Source: Epithemia pelagica
Lineage: Eukaryota > Protista > Bacillariophyta
Length of the DNA: 64,000 nt
Reading direction: 5' to 3'
NCBI GenBank assembly: GCA_946965045.2
Contig: OX337241.1
Location: 1,116,001-1,180,000, forward strand
The notes under the pieces were generated by a model that was not told the DNA's origin, ran no database searches, and worked only from the letters and a program-made list of their open reading frames with translations. Positions 1 to 10,390 of this stretch are shown in pieces; the first letter of the stretch is position 1, and each line of letters starts with the position of its first letter. A program made the position numbers and the translations under genes.

Positions 1-307
1 TAGCGAAGAGAGGCAGGCGCGCGTACGACAATGATTCAATTGTGAATGCCCGCTACTATCTATGGTTATACATCCAATGTAATTTTGGAGTAAAAGTACT
101 CGTGTAGGCTGTGAGTGTGCGAGTCTGTCTGTCTGTGTGTGTTTTCGCGAAGGGCGAGGCACGCGCATGGCGCGAGCCGTCACACCTCTACGCGCTCGTC
201 GGCCTCCACTAACCTTTGAGCTTGCCACTTTTTTTGCATGAGCGATGTGTTGTGTGTTGTGTGTTCGAGTTTTGGGTTGAACAGAAAACAGAAACCCATC
301 ATCCGTC

Positions 308-1627
308 ATGTTTCTCGCTTATGCATTATGGAATCGATCAAAAACGATCAAGAATCACGAGACAGTTTGTTCGAGAAATGGAACCTCCACCACGACAGCG
401 CCTTCTACAAAAAGGATCCATACAAAGCTACCAGCTTATCGTTACCATTCGGTTCCATCGTTTTATATTTTCGTAACCCTTGTTGGGATTTGCTGTCTTT
501 CCCATTCCTTGTGGTGGAACCGACAATGTTATCATCCTACGATGACCTACATCGAGGGGCCCATCGCCACCACAAACACACCTCAAAGAAAGCACGCAAC
601 ATCCAACTCCACCACTACGTCCAGAAAAGACAATGATACAAATCATTCCACACTTTCATCACCACATTTTTTCATCTCGAGTACAGACACAACGTTTGCA
701 CTGGTTGTTCAGGAACACAACCATGAACACAACCATTCTGTTCTCGTCACCACTAATGACACCACGAAACCAATTCATGCTATGTCGAACTTGAATAACG
801 AAGCCACTGCTCTTGCTTTACCCCTTTCGGATCCGCCAACCCTGGAAACTATATGTGAAAAAAGCAAGCACTCATTCAAGGAAGCCAGTGGTTTGGCTGT
901 GATTGTGACTGGCATGGAACGGTCCGGAACTACCATTGTCTCTCGACTCATCATGTCTCATCCAACCCTCATGGGTGGATTTGAAGGCGGTGTACTGCTG
1001 GGCTCAAGCCCGGCAGACTTTGAACACATACATCCTTTTTATGAATGGATGACGGGTCCCCAATACATGTGGAATTTGACCTCATCCCAACGAAATGAAA
1101 TGGTCCACGGGTCATCCTGTCATGCTGAAATGTACCATACGTTGCGTCAAAAGTCTCCACTCTTTTCTCAAGGTCGACAGCTCAGCAGGCACAAAATGTA
1201 TCTGGTGGATAAGACGCCCCGCTATGTTTACACCTTGCCCACAATAATGGAACGAGCACCTGAAATTCCCGTAGTGGTCATGGAACGAGATTATGAGGAA
1301 CTCGTAGAGGCCTGGGCCCGGCGCGGAGTGAATGAAACAGCCACGCAAGAAAAGCGTAACCAATTCCGGTATAATCTTGAATCTGCACAAACCTTGTATC
1401 CGGATCGTATTCATGTGGTCAACGTGACCCGTTTCTACCAAGATCCGAATCAAGTCATGTCAGAGGTGTTTACCTTTTTGAACTTGACCTGGAATGAAAC
1501 GTATCTGGGTATGGAGGCGTATAATGCCAAGCTTCCACGCAGCTTGCATCAACCGCCCTTTTCGAGTCATTATTATCCTTCGTCAAAAGAGTATAAACCG
1601 GAGAATGAACATGCCCAACCACAATGA
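308..1627 (+). CDS. Sulfotransferase-family protein, probably a type II membrane (Golgi-type) enzyme
   Basis: 439-aa ORF with the PAPS-binding loop VIVTGMERSGTT, LVDKTPRY and VHVVNVTRF-like segments. One hydrophobic stretch (SFYIFVTLVGICCL) is followed by a Thr/His-rich stem. Confidence 0.75.
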   Translation: MFLAYALWNRSKTIKNHETVCSRNGTSTTTAPSTKRIHTKLPAYRYHSVPSFYIFVTLVGICCLSHSLWWNRQCYHPTMTYIEGPIATTNTPQRKHATSNSTTTSRKDNDTNHSTLSSPHFFISSTDTTFALVVQEHNHEHNHSVLVTTNDTTKPIHAMSNLNNEATALALPLSDPPTLETICEKSKHSFKEASGLAVIVTGMERSGTTIVSRLIMSHPTLMGGFEGGVLLGSSPADFEHIHPFYEWMTGPQYMWNLTSSQRNEMVHGSSCHAEMYHTLRQKSPLFSQGRQLSRHKMYLVDKTPRYVYTLPTIMERAPEIPVVVMERDYEELVEAWARRGVNETATQEKRNQFRYNLESAQTLYPDRIHVVNVTRFYQDPNQVMSEVFTFLNLTWNETYLGMEAYNAKLPRSLHQPPFSSHYYPSSKEYKPENEHAQPQ

Positions 1628-2189
1628 ACAAGCTGCAAGGTTTCGTGGGACGAGAATGTACATTAGAACCAGGGCTTTAAATCGATTTTCATTGTGAAGT
1701 ACTCTGGTTCTGGAATTGGAGCTAGTAGGGAATGCTGCTATCTTTGCACAAATTTACAAACTCGTGGCCCTTTATAAACTAACACCAATAACTTATAATT
1801 GATCAGTCGTCGGCAACGATCGATTATTACTTCTGATTGACACAAACATCTTCCAAATTTTGCTTTCCACTACTATGCTGCTTTCTTCTCCACCCCCTTG
1901 TTCTTGACCTCCTAAACTTGCCAGTGGAGTCGGGAGATGGCTTTATCAGCTGGGATCTCGCCAACACCACCCACGTGCCACATCCATGCCGTCTCCATGT
2001 TCAGGGCCGAACGGAGAAAGTCCAAGTGGACTACGAGGGACTGGGGAAAGGTCAGGAAGGACAGCAGACTCGTGAGCAAGGCAGAGGGGGCCAACGAGTG
2101 TTGCAACCAGCCATAGTGGTTTCGATTCAGGATGCTGGTCATGCGGTGGTCATGGTGGTTGTGTCTTGAAGTAGGCAGTAGGACTTGTT

Positions 2190-2251
2190 GTGGAGGTTCC
2201 ATGTATCGAGCAAACTGTTCGGTGATGCCATATCGTTTTTGATCGATTCCA
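2190..2251 (-). repeat. 62-bp inverted diverged copy of 329-390 (sulfotransferase 5' coding region)
   Basis: The reverse complement of 2190-2251 aligns ungapped with 329-390 at 52/62 nt, including an exact 20-mer TGGAATCGATCAAAAACGAT and an exact 13-mer ATGGAACCTCCAC. Confidence 0.85.
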
Positions 2252-2560
2252 CCACATTCCATGAGCGAGAAAATGAGTGCAAAAATATGCATTCGACAAA
2301 GCCAACATATCGAGTGGTGATTATACGGCTCTCCTCCTCTCGGGCTCGGGTTGCAGTCTCGTTGAGAGATGGGTTCTGTTCTCCAAGCGAGAGATCAAAA
2401 CAAGAAAGTGTCCTTGAAAAAGTGAGCGCTCGATTTCAAGGTGTGACGGCTCGTGAGTAGCGCGAGCCGATGGATCCCGCACGCTAGCCCAGTCGGACAA
2501 TGTCAACACGCAAACAAACCCAATCTCAGAAATCTTCACGGACACAAGAAAACAAATACA

Positions 2561-3937
2561 ATGACTCCTCTTTGTAGGATGATGGCAGATTCTCTTTGCA
2601 CATCATACGGAAACACAAGACTGGATAGCCAGTGTTTACTGCAACGATTGCGATTGCTACTACTACTACAACAACGACGACGACAAGGCGTGTCGCACCC
2701 AAGACTCGGCACAAATGGTCAACGACATTGCTGCTTTGTCACCTGCAATAGTAACCCATCTTCCAATATCCGCAGTGCGAAACATGTGCATGAACGAATG
2801 ACTCAATCTCCCTCGTTCAGCGCCTCTGTCCTTCGTGCGTGGGAAGCAACTGGATTGAAAGAGCTGCTACACCACAATGAGAGAACAATGCCGTCCGATC
2901 AAGATTGTGCTGCTACCTCGTTGCTTCAAGCCCATTTGATGCAAGCATGTCATGGCGTGACGGCCGAGTTGACATTTTACGAAAAGGTTCGAGACGTTTT
3001 GGAGGCAAAAGGAAACTCGAATACCAACATGGTGCCAATGGAATCTTCACTCTTGTATGAATATGAGTCGATCCGAGCGCCTAGCTCAGCCGTTGCCTGT
3101 GTTGCCTTGTTTGGAAACTTTTTTCATACATGTCCGCTCGACCAGAGTCCTTTGCTTTCCAGCAAGACAAGGTATCACAGCGACAAGCGATTTCAAAAGC
3201 TCATGGACTTGTCGTCCTTGATTTCTGGAATTGACAACGACTTGCAATCCTACCAGAAACAAGATGATTCTGATTGGAACAGCATTACCATTCGAACCGT
3301 ATTTGGAGGCAAGACCCTAAGCAACGCCTTTGACGAGGTCTGTCAACGGCACTTTCACTTGGTACAGGCCATGAGAGCACTCGGAAGGCAGCTTCAAGAG
3401 GATTATCCCACCGACTCCAACCATATTGCCGTCTGGGTGAATATCATTCTCCCGAGTGTCCATCGTGGCTTTGTATCTTGGCAATCCCATGTCAAGCGAT
3501 ACAGGAACGAAGGTGACGATGCTACCAATGGCACGTTACTAACAGACAATCTACTAGAACGGCTTTTCCCTGGAGAGCCGTACCACCAAGTTTCACCAGA
3601 GGATGGGACCTTTCCAGGCATGAATGTGGAGTTATATCATTCACTCCATTCGAGTCTCATGGAATGGGCGGCATCTTGTCGACAAATTGGATCGACAGAT
3701 GCGGACAAGTATATTGCGGTTGCCAATCCCGCTTTGTTGGCCTTGTTGTTGTTTCCCTATTGCAATCGGGTAGCAACAGATCTCACACAAGAGGGCCACG
3801 ACGCGCTAATAGTATTTGTCAAGTTCTTTACATTTCTGGCCATTGTGGATGACATGCTCGAGAATCCCCAACTGCACGTGCCTACCAAACACGTCTTTCT
3901 TCAATGCATTGAGTCCATGACCATGGACCATCCATAA
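2561..3937 (+). CDS. Class I (microbial-type) terpene synthase-like protein with permuted motif order
   Basis: Numbering from ORF 2453: YESIR208, N262DLQSYQKQ (NSE-like), RGFVSW343QSHVKRY350 (WxxxxxRY), then FPGMNVELY..EWA..LLALLLFPY..FFTFLAIVD466DMLE (N-terminal helices plus DDxxE). The start codon is uncertain (ATG 2561 or 2798). Confidence 0.8.
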   Translation: MTPLCRMMADSLCTSYGNTRLDSQCLLQRLRLLLLLQQRRRQGVSHPRLGTNGQRHCCFVTCNSNPSSNIRSAKHVHERMTQSPSFSASVLRAWEATGLKELLHHNERTMPSDQDCAATSLLQAHLMQACHGVTAELTFYEKVRDVLEAKGNSNTNMVPMESSLLYEYESIRAPSSAVACVALFGNFFHTCPLDQSPLLSSKTRYHSDKRFQKLMDLSSLISGIDNDLQSYQKQDDSDWNSITIRTVFGGKTLSNAFDEVCQRHFHLVQAMRALGRQLQEDYPTDSNHIAVWVNIILPSVHRGFVSWQSHVKRYRNEGDDATNGTLLTDNLLERLFPGEPYHQVSPEDGTFPGMNVELYHSLHSSLMEWAASCRQIGSTDADKYIAVANPALLALLLFPYCNRVATDLTQEGHDALIVFVKFFTFLAIVDDMLENPQLHVPTKHVFLQCIESMTMDHP

Positions 3938-4120
3938 TCTACCAGAATGCAAAACAACGGGTAGTCGAACGAGAATCATCGGGTCGTGGATCAGTCGTCA
4001 TGGCTTCCCTCAAAAACCTGAGAGGCATAGAACAACCGGAGATTTTATGTCAAGTTTTGGTTGGTTCTGTGCTCTTGGCATTCGGGAGATGGTTGTTTGA
4101 ATAACCACAACTTTGAGGGA

Positions 4121-4858
4121 ATGCCGTCAATCAATAAGAGTGGATCCTTCTTCTTCAAGGCAGGCCATACCGCAAGGATAAACGCTCAACCAAGCGAACC
4201 GTTTTCTGTCTTTCTGATAGGACCGTCATCAACGGGAAAGACACATCATATTCAAGAGCTTCAAGAATCTCTCCCAGCCGTCACGAAGGGCGCTGATGTG
4301 ACCTTCCATTTTGGGATTGCCCGTGATTTTCTACAAAAGCGCGGTATCACAGGAAAGGATTTGCTGAATGACAAGAAATTACACATGGAACTACAGGAGT
4401 TTTTGGTTCATAAATACAGTGTTCTTCAGCAAGACCCAGTCAAGTGTGGTAGCACCACCACCTGCCAGAATGTGCATATGCAAGCAAGCACCAGGAATAT
4501 TCGTATTTTCGACCGCTCTGCAATCGACGCCATTGTGTATGCCAAACAATATGGTACGGACCAGGATGCCATGGCGCTGCAAGCTGGGGCAAACTTTCAG
4601 TCCTGTGTAAAGCTCTATCGCAATCCGAAAAGCTCGTTGGTGGTTTTGTTTCCTGTCATACCTCAACTCGTGAAATCCGATGGTATGCGCATCCATGGAG
4701 ATGTCGCTGAACAAAACGCCTTGTTTCGGCAATATGAAAGTACCATGAAAGACCTTGGCATTCCCTTTGTCGTCTTGGGCACAGACTTGAAGCACCGAGG
4801 CAAGTGGTTGCTGTCTCGAATTTGTTCTGGAACTGGACACGATACAGGAATCCATTGA
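4121..4858 (+). CDS. AAA_28/NadR-like P-loop kinase domain protein
   Basis: VFLIGPSSTGKT (Walker A at 4220-4243), IFDRSAIDAIVY, SDGMRI. First in-frame ATG is at 4121; the frame is open from 4031. Confidence 0.75.
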   Translation: MPSINKSGSFFFKAGHTARINAQPSEPFSVFLIGPSSTGKTHHIQELQESLPAVTKGADVTFHFGIARDFLQKRGITGKDLLNDKKLHMELQEFLVHKYSVLQQDPVKCGSTTTCQNVHMQASTRNIRIFDRSAIDAIVYAKQYGTDQDAMALQAGANFQSCVKLYRNPKSSLVVLFPVIPQLVKSDGMRIHGDVAEQNALFRQYESTMKDLGIPFVVLGTDLKHRGKWLLSRICSGTGHDTGIH

Positions 4859-4859
4859 G

Positions 4860-4949
4860 TATTCAACCAATGCTCGTTTCGGAAATTCTCATGACACAGG
4901 AAACCGTTGAGTATTCAATATTCAACCAATGCTTGTTTCGGAATTTCTC
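4860..4949. repeat. Short imperfect direct repeat (31 bp x2)
   Basis: 4860-4890 and 4919-4949 match at 29/31 nt. The repeat lies between two convergent stop codons. Confidence 0.8.
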
Positions 4950-5136
4950 TATGTAGGTGGTATCTCCTGTCAACTGTCAAGGATAGCGATGGAGGCAAGA
5001 CATGGACATCTATGGATACAACGATAAAAGGACTAAATGCACTGGACAATTCGAATACTACCTAGTTTAATGATTTTGTGTTCATCTGTTCGTGCACTTT
5101 TGTGGACTGGTGATGGATTGAGAAAGAGACACGCGT

Positions 5137-8100
5137 TTAGTGCGAACCTAAATCTGACTTGACTGTTTTCAAAATACTGTCATCTTGTGATAGCCACTCC
5201 ATCCAGAGCGAATCTCTCTGTAGCGTATCCTTGCGTCCTATGACAACTAGACCACGCTTTGCCCGTGTCCACATAACGTTCAATCGTCGGTGGTCTTTGA
5301 GGAAACCCAAGTTACTGCGGCAACGAACGGCCGAAAACAGAATGATCGTACGTTCTTGGCCTTGAAAGCCATCAACAGATCGGACATCAATCTGTGTATT
5401 CTTCAAACGATTTTGAATACATTGTACTTGACCAGAATACCCAGTGATGACTCCAATATCTTTCGGTTCGAGGTTCTTAGAATCGAGAAGACGTGATACA
5501 ATATTGACCACTTCCTCCGCTTCTACATGATTGCTCCATGTTGTTCCTATACGCTTTTCTTCTCCGTCCACGTCAACAAACGCAAGGTAATGAGTTCCGC
5601 ACCATGGAGCCTCTTTGATTGGAGCAACACTCTCCAGGCTGTGGTCAGTTCGAACCTTGTCATCGTAGAACTTCAAGGAGGAGAACTTCATCAAAGAAGG
5701 ATGCATACGATATTGAGTATTTAGCATCACGCAAGGAATGTTGCTGTCGTTTTTAAGACGTTCGAACAAACTTTCTTGAAACCCAAACTCTTTGGAAGAT
5801 TCATGCACTGTTGCCTGTAGCTGTTTGTCATCACCGATCAAGACAAAACGTGTCCTTGCCTTACATGTAGCAACTCGGGTATTGCAGCTCGTCAGCTGGC
5901 CTGCTTCATCGACTATCACAGTATTGAATTCGTTATCCTGGCGTAGCAAACCAACTCCCGACCCAGTCGCAGTTGAAAATACAACCCGAGCAGTGGTAAT
6001 AATCTTCTTCATTTCTTTCTGCTTCCATTTTTCGTCATTTTCTTTCAGCGATTCGTGGTACTCAGGAAGAAAGCGTTGCAAAGATGGCTCAACTTGGCCC
6101 GATTCCCCGACACGCACGATCAATGACTCGACGTCCTCGCGATTCAATTTGTGCAATTCGGAAATGAGCTTAGACAGAATATTGTCCACAGCCTGGTGAG
6201 TCGTTGCTGACACAAGAATTCTTTCTTCTCTCGCAAGCAACGCAAGTATGAGACCAACCACCGTAGAACTTTTTCCGACAGCAGGCGGTCCCCAAATGAG
6301 GCTTACTCGATGTTCGATCGCAGATTTGATAGCTTTCGTTTGGGACCCATTCAACTGGGTCCATTTCATTCCACTCCGTGTCTCATCATCATCAATGTCT
6401 TCTAGTGTTCCTGGTTCGACCTGCGGACGACTTGATGCTTCGAACATGACTCGGTGAGTCGTGGCGTTTCCCACCCTCCATACTTTCCAGTCCACACACT
6501 CAACCTCAAAAGGCATCAGACTCAACACCTCAATCTCTAGATGTCCTGCATCGGAAAATTGCTTGACAACGGCATGGAACGATTGGGAAGTGTAGTCTTT
6601 GTGGTTGTTCGCGGGACACATTGCACGAAAAACAAAAACATCTCCGGCACGGATTTTCTTCCAGACGACACTGTGGGAAACGTTGGGGTCAAGTGTGAGG
6701 CCAAAATTCTGTCCTTTGCGTCTCTTGACACTTGCGTAAATCATTATAGGATCTACAGATCTCTTGCCATCCAGATCTAGGCTCTTGTAGTTCTCTTCCA
6801 GCGTACATTGCAAGTCAACAAAAAGTCCCAACACCGATTTGTGTTCATCTTTGTCGAAGGAAGCAAGAACAACCTCACGAATTTCATGCACCCATTGCGA
6901 AACACATGAGGTTAGAGCTAGAAATTCAAGTGTCTCAACCCATTCGTCCGCAGATGCTTCGATGCATTTCTTTACCAATTGAATGGGAAGTTTGGATAAG
7001 TCGGTATGGTTGTGAATAGATCTCAACAAGCATTTCTTGGATTCGGGAGTATTGGGTAAGCATTCACTTATTTGGAGTGCACATGATAACTCGGGTAGTG
7101 CATCAATGTCGATGACAAGTCCTTGCATCTCGAGGAGCAATATCAACGAAACATCGACAGCTACACTGTGCATATGAAACTCTCTGCAGACTTGAATGAA
7201 CTTGTGAAGTTGTCCGTGCTCAAGATGAGGCAATTCAGTTTCCTCGTGGGCCGTTGCAAGCCTATAGAGACAAAGCACATCTTCATATTCATCAGTTTGG
7301 AGAAAATCAGCTTCCAGTTTTACATCGTAAGACCTTGGTGACCCTCCAGCTTCCTCCACTTCCGTTGTGACCACATCTTTGGTTCCAACATTGTAGTGCC
7401 TCACTTCGGGATCCTTGTCGCAGACGACATACATCTCAACACGCTGAAGTCTCCTTTTCGTGACTAGATCAAATTGTGCCTTTGCATTGTTTCCAAGTCG
7501 GCCCAAGTCAATACTAATTCTACCAAACACTTTAGCGTTGACATCGTCCATCTCATAGGGGCATGTCGACATCCAAACAAAAGTATTTCGTGGGTCTCCT
7601 GGACCTTTCATGGAGATCTGGAAAAGTTGGCCAGTTAATGCCAATTGATACTGTCCACCATGAAGACGACTAATGCTCCTGAACGAACCATTAGGATTCG
7701 TGGAGAACACGTGGACGTCTTTATGCAGTATGTTTCTCCCCTCATTGAACTGTTGCTCAAATTGTAGGCAGAGTGTCAGACGGTCGTCGACTTCGATAAC
7801 GAGTAGTTTCCTTGTAAACTGAACCAATGATGAGATAACTGAATTACCAAATGGAGCTCGATAGTCACTCTCCGAACTGTAAACGCGCTTCCAGTTGAAG
7901 GTCTCAGCAAAACGGAAAGCATCGATGTCGTGTTTCTTGAGAATATTCGACTGTAAGATCTCATTTTTAAGCAGACAGTTCAGTTGGGGACACTCTTTCA
8001 GAGCCCACACTCTTTGTGCCTCTGTAAATCCGTGTAGATCAATATGGGCCAGCAATACGCGGTCAATTTCTTCCAAGTTGTCTGAACGAGCTGTTCTCTG

Positions 8101-10068
8101 AATCAAACGCAGCATTTCGAATTGTGATATATTCTGGAAGCGGCTACTCGACGACAGAAGCCAATGCAGAAGCTGTTGAAAATCGGCCTGGTCCCCCTCA
8201 CGCTCAGAGTCCACACAATCATTTTCTGCTCGGAGAAAATCAGTTATCAGGTCGTTTGCAAGATTATCCGCATGACTGATAAGAACTTCAATGATTGATG
8301 GCTTGCTATCATGAGTTTCCTCTGGAAGTTTTTTAAGATCTGAATCAATCTCAATCGGCTGTCCGTCCACACAGCGACTGAAAAGCGCATTAAGTTTGAG
8401 TGCTTCACGACAAGTCGCACCTTTTGCTTTTACCCAATCCAGGTACAAGTTCTTGACTTGGCCAAGGGAAGCATTGTTGAACTTAGCAAAGTAGCGCACC
8501 ATATCAGAACGTTCAATCGTGTGCTCGTTTTGGGGGATTTTAGCCGGTGGATATTTGCATGGCTTGAACTCCGCTGTAGGAATAAGATCGCGATCGAAGA
8601 TGACCATAAATTCATCACCGTCTAGATCTCCACCTGACATCTCGTCAGCATGAGACCGTTGCAGACGATCATTCGTCGAGAACACAACACAGTCTACTAG
8701 ATGATGGAAATCTGGAACATCGACCAGTTTCAGCTTGCGCATATCCCCCGGATGTAGACAGGGGTTACGAGAAACTAGCACATACCCCTCGGTGAGAGTT
8801 AGTGGTAACCCTTCAACAGTGACACGGACGAAGATTTCATCGGTCCTAAGCTTTCTTTCAGGTTCTGCCACCCCCAAAAGGAGGCGTGATTCCGGAAGAA
8901 GAATTCGGACCTTCCGGTTATTTCTCTTGTCAAACGTTTTCTTCAGCTCTCTTTTGACGGCTCCTCGTACCTCGCATCGGGTTGCCCGGAGTCCTTTGTC
9001 CACAAGTTTCTGCATAGCTGGAAACGCTTCTTGGTACGCAAGTAACTGAAACGCAGCTTCAGGGTCCGTAAAGGCCGAGCGAAGAAACTCAAAATGGTTC
9101 TCCTGTTTGGTCAAGAGCGTTTCCTGAGATATTCCCATCTCGGAAAGAAGAGTGACATACTCAGCATTCAGTGCACCAAACGAGTACGGCCTCGAAGCTT
9201 TGATAACGCCAAAAGATGTACTTGAGGATCCTTTGAATTTGCGCATGGAGGGGCGACATTGGACCAAAACGCCTTGTGGTATGTCCTTGTGAAGTGCCAA
9301 CACACCTTTGTAGCCTTGGTACCGAAATTGAATCACACTTGGGTGGTATCTTTCGCCTCGAAACACCACAGGGCTCCAAGACTCATTTTTCGGAATACGC
9401 TTCACAAGCTCTTTGGACATGAGACCACAGCCATCCGTCAGTAACTCTCCCGAGGACGTTAGAATATCATCGATTTCTTGAACTCGATCAGCGTTGACAG
9501 TGATATTGGTCTTTGTTTCAGAAAACAGGAGGGCAATCCGCTTTGTCATTTTCGCGCATGTTTTCATATCGAAATCGCCCATCGCATTGATCAAGGACGT
9601 GATCTCATCGGGGGATCGATTGAGGAGGTAAGCTTTGCCATCCTTTAAACCCGAATTACTGCATCCATAAAAGTGGAAGTGATCAGACCCTGAGAAAAGC
9701 TGTACACCCCACTTCAGCACCCTTTCCTTGAACTGGGATTTTGCTTTGGGTCCCATGTTCTCTCCGTCCCCAAAGCTAAGTTTGATAACTTCATGTGGTT
9801 TCAAGCCTTGAAAAGCACGGCATGAGGGCAATTCGTCGAAAAACTCAACTTTGGGAGGATCATTTGGCGCCGTTAAACTGAACGTCACGAAACGATTCTT
9901 TTGCCGTATGATGCTCAAGTCTTGTCGGCTCAACCCCTCAATCATGAATGGTGGTGGTGGTGGCTTGCGCTTTCCTTGTTTTGGGCGCCAGGAGTTGTTT
10001 CTATGAGACGATTGGTCTCTTGGATTTCGTGCCCGTGGCTTTGCGGATCGAGAGGTTGTTCGTACCAT
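5137..10068 (-). CDS. Cellular RNA-dependent RNA polymerase (RDR/QDE-1 family) fused to a C-terminal SF1 Upf1-like helicase
   Basis: Uninterrupted 1643-aa ORF. RdRP motifs: TDGCGLMS, QFRYQGYKG, RNPCLHPGD, SGGDLDGD (DLDGD at 8614-8628). Helicase motifs: GPPAVGKS, VIVDEAGQ, GDDKQL, SLFERL, LNTQYRMHP, VDGFQGQE, RRLNVMWTRAK. Confidence 0.95.
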   Translation of the reverse strand: MVRTTSRSAKPRARNPRDQSSHRNNSWRPKQGKRKPPPPPFMIEGLSRQDLSIIRQKNRFVTFSLTAPNDPPKVEFFDELPSCRAFQGLKPHEVIKLSFGDGENMGPKAKSQFKERVLKWGVQLFSGSDHFHFYGCSNSGLKDGKAYLLNRSPDEITSLINAMGDFDMKTCAKMTKRIALLFSETKTNITVNADRVQEIDDILTSSGELLTDGCGLMSKELVKRIPKNESWSPVVFRGERYHPSVIQFRYQGYKGVLALHKDIPQGVLVQCRPSMRKFKGSSSTSFGVIKASRPYSFGALNAEYVTLLSEMGISQETLLTKQENHFEFLRSAFTDPEAAFQLLAYQEAFPAMQKLVDKGLRATRCEVRGAVKRELKKTFDKRNNRKVRILLPESRLLLGVAEPERKLRTDEIFVRVTVEGLPLTLTEGYVLVSRNPCLHPGDMRKLKLVDVPDFHHLVDCVVFSTNDRLQRSHADEMSGGDLDGDEFMVIFDRDLIPTAEFKPCKYPPAKIPQNEHTIERSDMVRYFAKFNNASLGQVKNLYLDWVKAKGATCREALKLNALFSRCVDGQPIEIDSDLKKLPEETHDSKPSIIEVLISHADNLANDLITDFLRAENDCVDSEREGDQADFQQLLHWLLSSSSRFQNISQFEMLRLIQRTARSDNLEEIDRVLLAHIDLHGFTEAQRVWALKECPQLNCLLKNEILQSNILKKHDIDAFRFAETFNWKRVYSSESDYRAPFGNSVISSLVQFTRKLLVIEVDDRLTLCLQFEQQFNEGRNILHKDVHVFSTNPNGSFRSISRLHGGQYQLALTGQLFQISMKGPGDPRNTFVWMSTCPYEMDDVNAKVFGRISIDLGRLGNNAKAQFDLVTKRRLQRVEMYVVCDKDPEVRHYNVGTKDVVTTEVEEAGGSPRSYDVKLEADFLQTDEYEDVLCLYRLATAHEETELPHLEHGQLHKFIQVCREFHMHSVAVDVSLILLLEMQGLVIDIDALPELSCALQISECLPNTPESKKCLLRSIHNHTDLSKLPIQLVKKCIEASADEWVETLEFLALTSCVSQWVHEIREVVLASFDKDEHKSVLGLFVDLQCTLEENYKSLDLDGKRSVDPIMIYASVKRRKGQNFGLTLDPNVSHSVVWKKIRAGDVFVFRAMCPANNHKDYTSQSFHAVVKQFSDAGHLEIEVLSLMPFEVECVDWKVWRVGNATTHRVMFEASSRPQVEPGTLEDIDDDETRSGMKWTQLNGSQTKAIKSAIEHRVSLIWGPPAVGKSSTVVGLILALLAREERILVSATTHQAVDNILSKLISELHKLNREDVESLIVRVGESGQVEPSLQRFLPEYHESLKENDEKWKQKEMKKIITTARVVFSTATGSGVGLLRQDNEFNTVIVDEAGQLTSCNTRVATCKARTRFVLIGDDKQLQATVHESSKEFGFQESLFERLKNDSNIPCVMLNTQYRMHPSLMKFSSLKFYDDKVRTDHSLESVAPIKEAPWCGTHYLAFVDVDGEEKRIGTTWSNHVEAEEVVNIVSRLLDSKNLEPKDIGVITGYSGQVQCIQNRLKNTQIDVRSVDGFQGQERTIILFSAVRCRSNLGFLKDHRRLNVMWTRAKRGLVVIGRKDTLQRDSLWMEWLSQDDSILKTVKSDLGSH

Positions 10069-10390
10069 GCTAGCAAGGGTTAATCGAGATGTTTCGTCAA
10101 TGATGGTCTTGATATGGTTTGAGAAAACTGTGCCGTTGTTGGATCACCCGTCTCATAGAAGGGAGTCCGGTTTACGTACTTGAGTGTGTGTCCAACCAAA
10201 GAACGGCATAAAATGTGGCGGATCAAGATTGAAAGTTCACCGAAAAACGCGAAAAATACCACCAACCAGATGGCGAATTAAAATCATCTTGAATCGATCT
10301 GGCGCGCATCGTAGAGCTGTCACGGTTTCGATTGGATGTGACAGGAAAGACTTTTCATCCATTAAGGATGAAAAGTAGAAAGCCAATACC

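Noticed and set aside
3870-4121. Spliced fusion of the TPS ORF to the downstream AAA_28 ORF, mirroring the P450 fusion
   Set aside because: They share a frame, but four in-frame stops (3935, 3962, 4019, 4028) must be removed and the only frame-compatible donors are weak (GTGCCT, GTCTTT, GTCCAT). Not supported without RNA-seq, though not excluded.
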